Source: a candidate division FCPU426 bacterium (GTDB lineage Bacteria; Oederibacteriota; Muellerivitia; Muellerivitales; Muellerivitaceae). From it: 64,000 nt of DNA. Shown piece after piece: positions 18,457 through 28,137 of the stretch. The notes beneath the pieces are model-generated. The model saw only the letters and a program-made list of their open reading frames with translations. It did no database searches and was not told the DNA's origin. The stretch's first letter is position 1; every line of letters begins with the position of its first letter. The translations under genes and the position numbers were made by a program. Location: assembly GCA_963738405.1 (NCBI GenBank), contig CAVTWJ010000009.1:256001-320000 (forward strand). The letters run 5' to 3'.

Positions 18457-20763
18457 TTGAGAACATTGAGACCCAAAGCGCTGTTTAAAAAAACCTTCAC
18501 CGCCGCCTGGCTCCTTTTGGGGCTGGTCCTGCCCGCTTGGGCCGAGCATGGCCGTTTGGCCACGACCCAACGCGACCCTTGGATCAATGCGGCGGCTGAA
18601 AACCTGATTTTGTCCGGTATGGTTGCCGACCCCGGCAAGAATCCCGATCAGATGACCAACCTGGAAATGGCCCAATTGACCGCCAAGGCCTCCCAAATGA
18701 TCATGGCCCAGGCCGACCCAAACCTCCTGCCGATCCCCCTGGACGTCGATCCCGGCCTTCCCGAGCCCACCCTGCCCGCCGCTCCGGCGCCGGCTCCGGT
18801 TTTAAGCGCCGCCGCCATGCCGGATCAGGTGGTTCCCTCCAAAAATCTGCAGCAATTGGTGGAAGAGTTCGCGGAGGAACTGACGGCCATGGGGCTTCAG
18901 GTGGACCAGATTGAGCAGCGCCTGGATGACGCGGAAATCCGAAATGAGGTATTCGCCGCCCTTCAGAAAAAATACCTGACCCAATCAGGAACCGAAGTGG
19001 GCGGGGAATCGCGCGGTTTCATGTATCAGTACCGGGGCTTCGGCACCAACGCCGCCTATCCGGCGATGGACTATAACGCGGCCATCTACATGCAAATGGA
19101 CCTTCGAAGCGTGCCAGTCCCCGACGTTCTTTTTAACGTCAGCTTCCGGTTCTGGCGATCGATCGGTATGTACTACCAGGATCCGATCCAACCCAATTAC
19201 CAGCTGCGCTGGTTCAGCCTCGCTGGCTATGGCGACGCGGCCACCATCACGGGCGGTGATTTTTACAAGAGCTACACGCCCTTCACCCTTTGGAACGCCA
19301 ACACCCCCGTTTATACCCTGATCGAACCGACCTCCTTTAATCGGGTGCGCAACGACCAGGAGGATCTTCTTTACCTCAACCATGGAACGGACTGGAAACT
19401 CCGGGGCTTTCACGGGGCCGTGGGCCAAGCCTGGGGCACCAGTTGGGACTTGAGCAGTTATAACGTAGATACCATGGTGGGGGTCATGCAGGACCCGGGC
19501 GACAACATCGGAGCCATCAGTTTCGGCAATTATTTCGCGGGGAGCCAGGCATCGCTCGGGTTCCTCCAGCAGAATCTTTTTCTGGGAGCTACGGGCCTTC
19601 TGCTTTGGCAGGATTCGGGCAGCGCCAATGTGCCTTATTTCCCAGACTATCCGGATAATTACGCCAAGCAATACCAGGTGGGAAGCGTTTGGTCCAAGGC
19701 GGGCATTCCCTTCGATGAAAACGTCAAGCTGACGGGCGCTTTCGAGAGCGCCTTCAGCCAATATGACGACGATTCCAGCGACGCCAACAAGACTTTCCAT
19801 GATTGGGCCCTTTCGGCGGAAGGCGCCCTGGAAGTCTACGGGCTGAAGCTCTCGGCCAAGTACTTGAACGTGGGTCCCTACTTCTATTCCCCCGGCGCCC
19901 AAGCTAACCGCTATTCCCCCGACTCCGCGGCCCAGGGTTATTTGACCACCAACCTAACCGGATTGGATGACGGCGCCCCCGGGCTTCTCAACCAAAGCCC
20001 CTTCCAGGGTGTGAACCGCCCCTTCTTCGCCCCCTATGACAGAACCGCCGAAAATATTCTTCCCTACGGGGATGCCACTCCCAACCGCCAGGTTTTCAAG
20101 CTGGGTCTTTCCGGAGCCGTGGGGGAGAGGGGCTGGCTCCAACCCAAGGCGTCGGTGGTCATCAACGCCCAAGAAATAGCTCCCAACTATGTTTTAAATG
20201 CCTTGGGCATTGGCTCGATCCCCGTGGATAGCCAAACCAACACCACCGTGGGCCGGACCTTCGGTGGGTGGGAGGGCGCCCTCGCTTTGGATTTCGCAAA
20301 GATGGCGAACCTGCCTGGAAAAACCTACGACGTCCAATTCGACTATAAAAATCAAACCACCGATTTAGGCATCGGCGCGGCTCCCTTTACCTCGAATACG
20401 ATCATCGGCGGCGCGGATTTTAACATTCCCGTCCGGGCCCTTTCTTCCCTCGTTTGGTCGGCGGCCTTTGAGCAGGTTCAAAGCACCGGCAGCGAATACG
20501 TTTTGACCGGCCAAGGCAATCCACCCGATTTGGGCCAATATGTTTTTTACGTGGACCCCTATTCGGCCACCAGCACCATTCCCCAATTCACCTACCAGGC
20601 CTTGAATTTGACCCGGCAAACCTGGGCCTTCGGGGTGAAATATCCCTTGAGCAGCCTCGTGAATATCCGCATGGATTGTTTCTTTACCAGCTACAACTGG
20701 GCCGACCAACCCTGGGACCGTAATGATGAAATTTGGAGATTCACTTATGAAGCCCATTATTAA
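18457..20763 (+). CDS. SLH-like + Pro-rich + coiled-coil + beta-barrel outer-membrane protein (paralog 2)
   Basis: Signal peptide; DPWINAAAENLILSGMV...MTNLEMAQLTAKA; LQQLVEEFAEELTAMG coil; ends RFTYEAHY. Confidence 0.7.
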   Translation: MRTLRPKALFKKTFTAAWLLLGLVLPAWAEHGRLATTQRDPWINAAAENLILSGMVADPGKNPDQMTNLEMAQLTAKASQMIMAQADPNLLPIPLDVDPGLPEPTLPAAPAPAPVLSAAAMPDQVVPSKNLQQLVEEFAEELTAMGLQVDQIEQRLDDAEIRNEVFAALQKKYLTQSGTEVGGESRGFMYQYRGFGTNAAYPAMDYNAAIYMQMDLRSVPVPDVLFNVSFRFWRSIGMYYQDPIQPNYQLRWFSLAGYGDAATITGGDFYKSYTPFTLWNANTPVYTLIEPTSFNRVRNDQEDLLYLNHGTDWKLRGFHGAVGQAWGTSWDLSSYNVDTMVGVMQDPGDNIGAISFGNYFAGSQASLGFLQQNLFLGATGLLLWQDSGSANVPYFPDYPDNYAKQYQVGSVWSKAGIPFDENVKLTGAFESAFSQYDDDSSDANKTFHDWALSAEGALEVYGLKLSAKYLNVGPYFYSPGAQANRYSPDSAAQGYLTTNLTGLDDGAPGLLNQSPFQGVNRPFFAPYDRTAENILPYGDATPNRQVFKLGLSGAVGERGWLQPKASVVINAQEIAPNYVLNALGIGSIPVDSQTNTTVGRTFGGWEGALALDFAKMANLPGKTYDVQFDYKNQTTDLGIGAAPFTSNTIIGGADFNIPVRALSSLVWSAAFEQVQSTGSEYVLTGQGNPPDLGQYVFYVDPYSATSTIPQFTYQALNLTRQTWAFGVKYPLSSLVNIRMDCFFTSYNWADQPWDRNDEIWRFTYEAHY

Positions 20764-23389
20764 TACCCAGCGCCGAATCGGCGCCCTGGTTTTCCTTTTC
20801 GCCCTGGGGTGGGCCTTTTCCGCCCTCGCGTCGGATACTTTGTTTTCTGTGGTGCCCGCTGGCGATGCCACCTATATGAAGCTGGGCCAATTGGAAAAGG
20901 CAGGTCTTCTGAACCCAGGAGATTCCCAGGGACCCTTAACCCGATTTGAAGTGGCCCATCTGATCAACAAGGCCCAAGGAAATATGTACGGCATTGAAGT
21001 GGCGCAGTTAGATGAGATCCCGCCGCCTCCCGATTCGGGGGCTCCCGCTCCTCCGTCTTCTTCTCCGGCACCTGCAGCCGCTCCCGCGAACGCGGCCCCT
21101 GCGCCTGTTGCCGCCGCAGGCGATGACTCCAGCATTCCGCCCCCGCCTGACTCTGGTACCGCCGCTTCCCCGGCCGCTGCCCAACCCGCGCCTGCTCCGG
21201 CTCCCGCCGCCCCAGCTCCCTCGGATGCCACCCTGCTTCCACCCCCGGATATGGGCGCGGCTCCAGCGATACCATCCCTTCCGGACACTGGCACCGCGCC
21301 ACCTCCGCCCCCGGCTCCCGATACCACGGCGCCCGCCGTTGCCGCCCCGGCCGCTCCAGCGCCTGCTGAGGCCACGGCAGTCCCGACCCCTTCAGCGACC
21401 CCGGAAGATCCAATGAAATGGGCCAAGTTGGCTGAGACCCTCAATAGCCTGGAGGACGCCTACCAGTATGAATTGAAAGACATCAAGGCGCCGGTCAATG
21501 ACCTCAACGACAAAACCCAGGCCCTGGAAAACGGCCAATATGACCTTTTGAAAAGGCTCAAAGGCATCGATGAATATCCCACCATCACCTGGCATGGCAT
21601 CGGTAGGGTCTTCGGGGCCGCCCAGCGTTTCACCAGTTCAGACCCGGGCTATACCCCTCCGCAAAACGATAATTTCCAGGGAAGAGGCTATATCGATTTC
21701 GAGCCCGTGGGCGTCATCGGCAAACAGATTCGTTGGGAATTGATCGTGCGTTACGGGACGGCCATGGTGGCCAATGATTCCCAGGCCATAGATAGCTTCC
21801 TACCCCGCCGGGGAACCATGGAACTCAAGACCCCCTGGTTTAGCGCCACCTTTGGGGATTTCGATGAGTCCTACACGCCCCTGACCCTTTGGAACCGTAA
21901 CAACCTAGATTTGCGCTGGGTTCCGGAAATGATGGCGCGGGAAGACGACACCTTGAAGTATGAGAGCTTCATGAACAACGAACCCAATTGGCCTTTTAGG
22001 GGCCTGCGCCTGGGTACGGAAATCGCCTGGCCCGACTCCACCTGGTTTGACCATTTCAACCTCTCCCTTATGGGAGATATTTTGCGAAACGGGTACAACG
22101 ACCTTTCCAGCGGGGGCAACTATTTTGGTCCGGGATTCTTCACCGACTATCTCTTCGCCGGAAAAACCCAATTGGCTACCAAGAGGCTTTTTCTAGGCGG
22201 TAACAGCAGCCTGAAATTTTCCTTTGACGCCTATGGGTTATTGTTATGGGAACCCATCTCAAGCCAAATGCCTGGAAGCCCCTACACGCCTTACGGCCCC
22301 ACCAATTGGGCCCACCAATACCAGATCTTCAGCTTGAAGCCTTCTTTCGAGGTATCCATGGGAGACGGTGTAGTGTTGGGCGGGTCCTGGGAAAGCGCGG
22401 GTTCGCTTTACGAGGATGATTCCCAAAACAGCACATCGAACGTGACCGATTGGGCCTTCATCGCGGGACCTTACTTGAAACTCGACCATTCCATCCTCTC
22501 CTTCAATTACCTGAACATCGGCCCGAATTTCTTCTCCCCCCTGGCCCAGACCCGCCAGGACGGGGTAACCACAGCGTTAAGCTTCAACCCCGCTAGCGGC
22601 CTGCCCACACCGGAGCTTTTTTCAGCCCCGCTCCGAAGCCAGTTTTTCCTTGCCGGGGTGCCCCGGGCCAACGATATCTTTTCATTCTATGACCGCACTG
22701 AAGACAATACCTTCCCCTATGGCTTGGCTACCCCCAATCGCCAAGGCGGGGGCATGGAATTGGACATCAAAACGTTGGAAAAAGACGCTTTTAAGATCAA
22801 TGGCTCGGTTTACTTCGTTCAGGAAATCGGTGGTAACCTTGTCTCGAGCTCCGGTGTGAACGGGTTCGTTGCCGTGGACGCCCCGGTGACCGCGACCATT
22901 CCGGTGCGTAATTTCACCTACGTGAACATTGGGCCTTCCATCAACCTGGGCCCCTTCATCGATGATCCGGAAGATTTGGTGATCGGGACGAACGTACGCT
23001 TTGAACAAACCAACAGCTCCATCGGAACCCTCACCAGCGTTTGGGCCTTGGGCGGGGTAGAAGCGGGCTTGTTTTCTTGGTGGCACACGGCCCTGTCTTT
23101 CGGGGTGGATAACGTGAGCGGATCGGAAGCGGGTTACAACGGAACCACGATGGCCCGGTATTCATACCTATTCAACAACCAGGATTTGGGACTTTACCAG
23201 CCTTTTACCATCAACGGCACCAATAACAGCCTCCGGCTGTCGACGGCCTTTACATTGAATCGGAACTCCAAGCTGTACCTGGATTACGATTACACCTTTG
23301 GCAACGCGGTTCCTTATTTCGGCACGACCCCCAACGGGGGCAACCTGAACAACCAGTTCGCGGAGTTAACTTATGAAATCCTCTTCTAA
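20747..23389 (+). CDS. SLH-like + Pro/Ala-rich + coiled-coil + beta-barrel outer-membrane protein (paralog 3)
   Basis: Signal peptide; FSVVPAGDATYMKLGQLEKAGLL...LTRFEVAHLINKA; coil; shares YTPxTLWN, YLNxGPxFxSPxAQ and PYGxATPNRQ with paralog 2; ends LTYEILF. Confidence 0.72.
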   Translation: MKPIINTQRRIGALVFLFALGWAFSALASDTLFSVVPAGDATYMKLGQLEKAGLLNPGDSQGPLTRFEVAHLINKAQGNMYGIEVAQLDEIPPPPDSGAPAPPSSSPAPAAAPANAAPAPVAAAGDDSSIPPPPDSGTAASPAAAQPAPAPAPAAPAPSDATLLPPPDMGAAPAIPSLPDTGTAPPPPPAPDTTAPAVAAPAAPAPAEATAVPTPSATPEDPMKWAKLAETLNSLEDAYQYELKDIKAPVNDLNDKTQALENGQYDLLKRLKGIDEYPTITWHGIGRVFGAAQRFTSSDPGYTPPQNDNFQGRGYIDFEPVGVIGKQIRWELIVRYGTAMVANDSQAIDSFLPRRGTMELKTPWFSATFGDFDESYTPLTLWNRNNLDLRWVPEMMAREDDTLKYESFMNNEPNWPFRGLRLGTEIAWPDSTWFDHFNLSLMGDILRNGYNDLSSGGNYFGPGFFTDYLFAGKTQLATKRLFLGGNSSLKFSFDAYGLLLWEPISSQMPGSPYTPYGPTNWAHQYQIFSLKPSFEVSMGDGVVLGGSWESAGSLYEDDSQNSTSNVTDWAFIAGPYLKLDHSILSFNYLNIGPNFFSPLAQTRQDGVTTALSFNPASGLPTPELFSAPLRSQFFLAGVPRANDIFSFYDRTEDNTFPYGLATPNRQGGGMELDIKTLEKDAFKINGSVYFVQEIGGNLVSSSGVNGFVAVDAPVTATIPVRNFTYVNIGPSINLGPFIDDPEDLVIGTNVRFEQTNSSIGTLTSVWALGGVEAGLFSWWHTALSFGVDNVSGSEAGYNGTTMARYSYLFNNQDLGLYQPFTINGTNNSLRLSTAFTLNRNSKLYLDYDYTFGNAVPYFGTTPNGGNLNNQFAELTYEILF

Positions 23390-24293
23390 ACGGCGAAAAA
23401 GCCTTTTAGGCAAAAAAAACGCCAGGCCCGTTTTATTAGGCTTGGGGCTTCTTTGGGCTGTGGCCGCGGGATTATTAGTGATCATCGGCTGCCAAAACAG
23501 CATCCCCCCCCTGGGAACCTATGGAGCCCCTGTTTCCCAGGTCAACCGAGACTTGGTGGCCGATTTCAGCTTGAACGGATTAATTCCCTATAACACCCCT
23601 TCCGTCTTGCCCGTCCAATCCATTACTGGGCCTGTACTTGACAGCACCGGCAAACCGGTATTGAGCTACCCGATCAATCCCAACCTCTTTGAAAACAACA
23701 ACCCGCCTACCTACACCATCAAAAACCAGGGCGCGGTGACGCTCCTCAACAATTTCGCGGCCTACCTTAATTTCTTTTCCTGGGGGCTTTACGGCCCCGG
23801 GGCCAATGGGGCCCCTTACGGTTACCGTGTTTACGGCACCGTGACCGACAAGGGGGACGCAGCCTTCCCCGAAATGGACATTTGCGCTTACATGGAATCG
23901 GGCGGCGCCTTCTATGACGCCAGCAACTTTACCGGGGTCGATTTCTATCTTAAGGTCGCCAGCGACGACACCTGCCTGGAACGGCATTTCGAGATACCGG
24001 TTTTCCAAACCACCGCGCCGACGGAAGGGGGAGGATGTCAGGCCGGGCCCCACCTTTGCTCGGACCATTTCTCGGCCGACGTTACCTCGGGCACCGGCGG
24101 ACAGTGGGAATTCTTCAGGTATAACTTCAGCGACTTGAAACAGCTGGTGCCAGGGGCCATTCCCGATCCACCCACCTTGAGTGGAAACAACCTCAAGCAG
24201 ATGATGTGGCTGGTATGGATGGGGGCCCGAAACAACAAGGCGGGCACTTCCACCGTGGACATTTCGGTGGATGACGTGGAATTTTTCAAATAG
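23373..24293 (+). CDS. Lipoprotein with CBM11/CIA30-like domain
   Basis: Lipobox VIIGC; FYDASNFTGVDFYLK, GGGC....CSDHF, ISVDDVEFFK; clear paralog of 14927..15694. Confidence 0.72.
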   Translation: MKSSSKRRKSLLGKKNARPVLLGLGLLWAVAAGLLVIIGCQNSIPPLGTYGAPVSQVNRDLVADFSLNGLIPYNTPSVLPVQSITGPVLDSTGKPVLSYPINPNLFENNNPPTYTIKNQGAVTLLNNFAAYLNFFSWGLYGPGANGAPYGYRVYGTVTDKGDAAFPEMDICAYMESGGAFYDASNFTGVDFYLKVASDDTCLERHFEIPVFQTTAPTEGGGCQAGPHLCSDHFSADVTSGTGGQWEFFRYNFSDLKQLVPGAIPDPPTLSGNNLKQMMWLVWMGARNNKAGTSTVDISVDDVEFFK

Positions 24294-24345
24294 TGATAAA
24301 CTTTTAAAGAAGGGCCCAAGGGCGTTTTGGGCGGGAGGCGTCTCA

Positions 24346-25278
24346 ATGAAAAAACAATGGTTTGGGATAGGACTAGGGGTCTTAGGTGTCGTCTTGGCCG
24401 CCCTTCCTCTATTACTTTCCCAGGGTTGCAATAGTACCAACCCAACACTATCCTCCGTGGTTCCCACCCCTTCGGTTAACGGTATGGTTAGTAATTTCGC
24501 GCAAGGTTCCCTTAACACCTACCCAGCCTTTTCCTCAACCGGCTATTTCAACTACCAAGTCACAGGTGGCGCCCCGGGCTTCCCCAACATGATCGACGGT
24601 AGCAGCACGCCTTATATTTTGGAGCCCAACCCCAATCCCGCCCCCGGCGGAAGCCCCTACGCCATCCACATTTGGGGGGTCCAGACCGATTATTGCCCGC
24701 CTTTTAACCCCAACAATTGCACCAATCCCCAATGCACGGGTTACCCCGCCTACCAAACCTTTTGCTACCTGAAAAACGACCCGGCGAATCCCCTTTACGA
24801 TGTTTCGGGATATACGGGAATCGAATTTTGGATGAATATTCCCCCCAAAGTCGTATCCGGCGGGGTAACGACGGGAGACGCTAATCCCCAGGAACGGTTC
24901 GCTATCGGGGCCGCTCCCGAAGTGCCGACCACCACCGACCAGGGCGGTCTTTGCCCCCCTCCCTTCGGCACCAATTGCTATAACTATTTTTGGTATCAAA
25001 CCAAGCTGGGACCCACGCCAGGTTGGAAGCAATTTCAAATCCCCTTTTCCATGCTGAAGATGGACGCCGGATACGCCTATATCGGAGGCGGCGCCTCTGC
25101 GGCGCAGACCTTGATGCCCGGAAGCGCGGTGGCCTTCAACTACACGGGGCTTAACAAGGGAGGGACCAACTGTAATTTCGAGAAACAGGCGCTTTTCCTT
25201 CTCTGGAAATTTACCGATAACGGTGCTTGTGGTACTACCAACACTGATTACTGGATCGATAACGTCCAGTTCTATTAA
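24346..25278 (+). CDS. Cys-rich lipoprotein with CBM11/CIA30-like domain
   Basis: GGAGG RBS; lipobox LSQGC; YDVSGYTGIEFW, GGLC...NCYNYF, WKQFQIPFS, YWIDNVQFY. Confidence 0.72.
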   Translation: MKKQWFGIGLGVLGVVLAALPLLLSQGCNSTNPTLSSVVPTPSVNGMVSNFAQGSLNTYPAFSSTGYFNYQVTGGAPGFPNMIDGSSTPYILEPNPNPAPGGSPYAIHIWGVQTDYCPPFNPNNCTNPQCTGYPAYQTFCYLKNDPANPLYDVSGYTGIEFWMNIPPKVVSGGVTTGDANPQERFAIGAAPEVPTTTDQGGLCPPPFGTNCYNYFWYQTKLGPTPGWKQFQIPFSMLKMDAGYAYIGGGASAAQTLMPGSAVAFNYTGLNKGGTNCNFEKQALFLLWKFTDNGACGTTNTDYWIDNVQFY

Positions 25279-25295
25279 ACCCAAACAATCACTCG

Positions 25296-25326
25296 GGCGG
25301 TCCCTGTAAAAGGGGCCGCCTTTTTT
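25296..25326 (+). terminator. Terminator ending the barrel/lipoprotein operon
   Basis: GGCGGTCCCT-GTAAA-AGGGGCCGCC-TTTTTT. Confidence 0.85.
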
Positions 25327-25427
25327 GTTTTATCCCCTTTTCGGGCGCCAAACCATTCTTCTTTTTCGCAAAACCCTCGCCTATACTAGCCCCCTTTGAA
25401 ATAAGCCATTCGGGAAGAGGATTTTAA

Positions 25428-27227
25428 GTGTCTCTGGAACATATCCGCAATTTCTGCATCATCGCCCACATCGACCACGGCAAAAGCACCCTGGCCGACC
25501 GGCTTTTGGAATTCACGGGGGCCATCCCGCCCCGTGAAATGCGCGAACAGCTCATGGACCAGATGGATCTGGAACGGGAGCGGGGCATTACCATCAAGGC
25601 CAAGGCGGTGCGTTTTTTCTACAAGGCCAAGAACGGCCAAACCTACGAGATGAACCTGATCGACACGCCCGGCCATGTGGATTTTAATTACGAAGTTTCC
25701 CGAAGCCTCAAGGCCTGCGAGGGAGCGCTCCTCCTGATTGACGCTTCCCAAGGGGTGGAAGCCCAGACGCTGGCTAACGCCTTTTTGGCCATGGACCAGA
25801 AACTCACCATTGTTCCCGTCATCAACAAGATCGACCTGCCCGCCGCCGACGTGGAGCGCTGTAAAAAACAGATGGAAGAATCCCTCGCCATCGAGGGGTC
25901 GGAGGCCATTTTAGCCTCGGCCAAGGAAGGGATCGGCATCGAGGAAATATTGGAGGCGGTGGTAAAGCGTGTTCCCGCCCCCATCGGCAACGCGGAGGAG
26001 CCCTTGAAGGGCCTGATCTTTGATTCGATGTACGACATTTACCGGGGCGTGATGATCTTTGTGCGCATCTTGGAAGGCAAGATCGAGAAAAACACCAAGA
26101 TGAGACTGATGGCCACCGGCAAGGTTTTCGAGGTGGAAGAAGTCGGCGTCTTCAAGCCCAAGATGGAAAAGACGGGCATTCTTTCGGCCGGGGAAGTAGG
26201 CTATATCGCCGCCAATATCAAAGAAGTGCGCGACGCCAAGGTAGGCGAGACCGTGACCGAGGAAGGCCGGCCCACGGCCGAGGCCATGCCGGGTTTTAAA
26301 GATGTTTTGCCCATGGTCTTTTGCGGGCTTTTTCCGGTCGTCTCGGATGATTACGACCATTTAAAGGAAGCCCTCTCCAAACTCAAACTATCCGACGCGG
26401 CGCTCTCTTACGAGCCCGAGACCTCGGTGGCCCTATCCTTCGGTTTCCGATGCGGCTTTTTGGGTCTTCTTCATATGGAAATCGTTCAGGAACGGCTGGA
26501 GCGGGAATACAACCTCAATCTCATCTGCACCGCCCCCAGCGTGGTGTACAAGGTCGTGAAAACCGACCGCACCGAGATCATGATCGACAACCCCACCAAA
26601 CTTCCTGATCTCTCGCAGATTGAGGAAATTTTGGAACCCTATATCGACGGCAAGATCATCGTGCCAGCCGATTACATTGGGGCCGTCATGACCCTTTGCC
26701 AGGAACGGCGAGGAATCCATAAAAATACCCATTTTCTCGATACTACGAGGGCTCAGATCACCTACGAGCTTCCCTTGGCCGAGGTGGTGATGGATTTTTT
26801 CGACAAACTCAAGAGTTGTACCAAGGGTTACGCGTCTTTAGATTATGAGCCCATCGGCTACCGCCCGGGCGATATCGTGAAGGTCGACATCCTCTTGAAC
26901 GCCGAGGTGGTGGACGCCCTTTCCTTCATGGTGCACAAGCAAAAATCGGAAATCCGGGGCCGGGGCATCGCCGAAAAACTGAAAGAAATTATCCCCCAGC
27001 AGCTCTTTGAGGTGCCCATCCAGGCCGCCATTGGGGGCAAGATCATCGCGCGGGAAACGGTTCGGGCCCGCCGCAAGGACGTTTTGGCAAAATGCTACGG
27101 CGGTGACATCACACGAAAGCGCAAGCTGCTGGAAAAGCAGAAGGAAGGCAAAAAGCGAATGAAGAACATCGGGAGCGTGGAGATACCCCAGGAAGCTTTC
27201 ATGGCCGTGTTGAAGGTGGAGGACTAA
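25428..27227 (+). CDS. lepA: Translation elongation factor 4
   Basis: [53 protein letters not shown]. Confidence 0.98.
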   Translation: MSLEHIRNFCIIAHIDHGKSTLADRLLEFTGAIPPREMREQLMDQMDLERERGITIKAKAVRFFYKAKNGQTYEMNLIDTPGHVDFNYEVSRSLKACEGALLLIDASQGVEAQTLANAFLAMDQKLTIVPVINKIDLPAADVERCKKQMEESLAIEGSEAILASAKEGIGIEEILEAVVKRVPAPIGNAEEPLKGLIFDSMYDIYRGVMIFVRILEGKIEKNTKMRLMATGKVFEVEEVGVFKPKMEKTGILSAGEVGYIAANIKEVRDAKVGETVTEEGRPTAEAMPGFKDVLPMVFCGLFPVVSDDYDHLKEALSKLKLSDAALSYEPETSVALSFGFRCGFLGLLHMEIVQERLEREYNLNLICTAPSVVYKVVKTDRTEIMIDNPTKLPDLSQIEEILEPYIDGKIIVPADYIGAVMTLCQERRGIHKNTHFLDTTRAQITYELPLAEVVMDFFDKLKSCTKGYASLDYEPIGYRPGDIVKVDILLNAEVVDALSFMVHKQKSEIRGRGIAEKLKEIIPQQLFEVPIQAAIGGKIIARETVRARRKDVLAKCYGGDITRKRKLLEKQKEGKKRMKNIGSVEIPQEAFMAVLKVED

Positions 27228-27248
27228 TAACTCGAAAAAAATCCGTTT

Positions 27249-27340
27249 AACTACATGACACCAAGTCGCCAAGGAAAAAAATTAAAGATTAGGGTTTTGT
27301 TATTTATGGTTTTCTTGGTGTCTTTGTGACTTGGTGGTGA
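27249..27340. repeat. Degenerate CACCAAG-unit palindrome related to 3244..3333
   Basis: …GACACCAAGTCGCCAAGGAAA and TTTCTTGGTGTCTTTGTGACTTGGTGGTGA. Confidence 0.75.
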
Positions 27341-27399
27341 AAAGTTTCTTCTTTGTAGGGATGATTGTTTTTAGGTGAATATCTCGGTGAAAAGGATTT

Positions 27400-28104
27400 G
27401 TGATGGAAAACTTGAATTATTACCTCTACGGTGCGGCCATTTTGCTGACGCTGGTGGAAGCGATTTTTAAATGGATCATGCCCTCAATCCGCAAAAACCC
27501 GCAAATGGCGGGAACGGTTGAGACGGTCGATTCGCTTTGGATCGCCCTGGTGGTGGCCCTGACCCTTAAGGCGGTTTTGGTCCAGCCCTTCACGATCCCC
27601 TCGGGCTCGATGGAAGACACCCTGCTGGTGGGGGATTACATCCTCGTGAAAAAATACGAATATGGCTATTCACTTTGGAACAGCACGCCCCGGTTTCTGG
27701 AGTTCCGCAAGCCCAACCGCCGTGACGTGATGGTTTTCGTATTTCCGGGCGACCACACCAAGGACTACATCAAGCGCTGTATCGGCCTGCCGGGCGATGT
27801 GATTGAGGTGAAAAATAAAGATCTCTATCTCAACGGGGTTAAGCAGGACGAGCCCTACGTCAAGCACATCGACCCCAACACTTACCCCCGAGGTTTCCTG
27901 ACTTATGAGAGGGACAATTACGGGCCCGTGACGGTGGCCCCGGGGCATTATTTCATGATGGGGGACAACCGGGACAACAGCGCTGACTCCAGGGTCTGGG
28001 GCCAGTTGGATGAACAGCTTATCAAAGGCCGGGCCTGGGTCATCTACTGGCATTCGGTCAATTTCCTCCCCACCTTCGACCGAATCTTCAAGGGCATCCA
28101 TTAA
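27400..28104 (+). CDS. lepB: Signal peptidase I
   Basis: IPSGSM (catalytic Ser), YIKRCIGLPGD (catalytic Lys), GDNRDNSADSR. Confidence 0.96.
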   Translation: MMENLNYYLYGAAILLTLVEAIFKWIMPSIRKNPQMAGTVETVDSLWIALVVALTLKAVLVQPFTIPSGSMEDTLLVGDYILVKKYEYGYSLWNSTPRFLEFRKPNRRDVMVFVFPGDHTKDYIKRCIGLPGDVIEVKNKDLYLNGVKQDEPYVKHIDPNTYPRGFLTYERDNYGPVTVAPGHYFMMGDNRDNSADSRVWGQLDEQLIKGRAWVIYWHSVNFLPTFDRIFKGIH

Positions 28105-28137
28105 TAGGGAGCATGTGAAGCGGAGGGAGAGGGCTCT

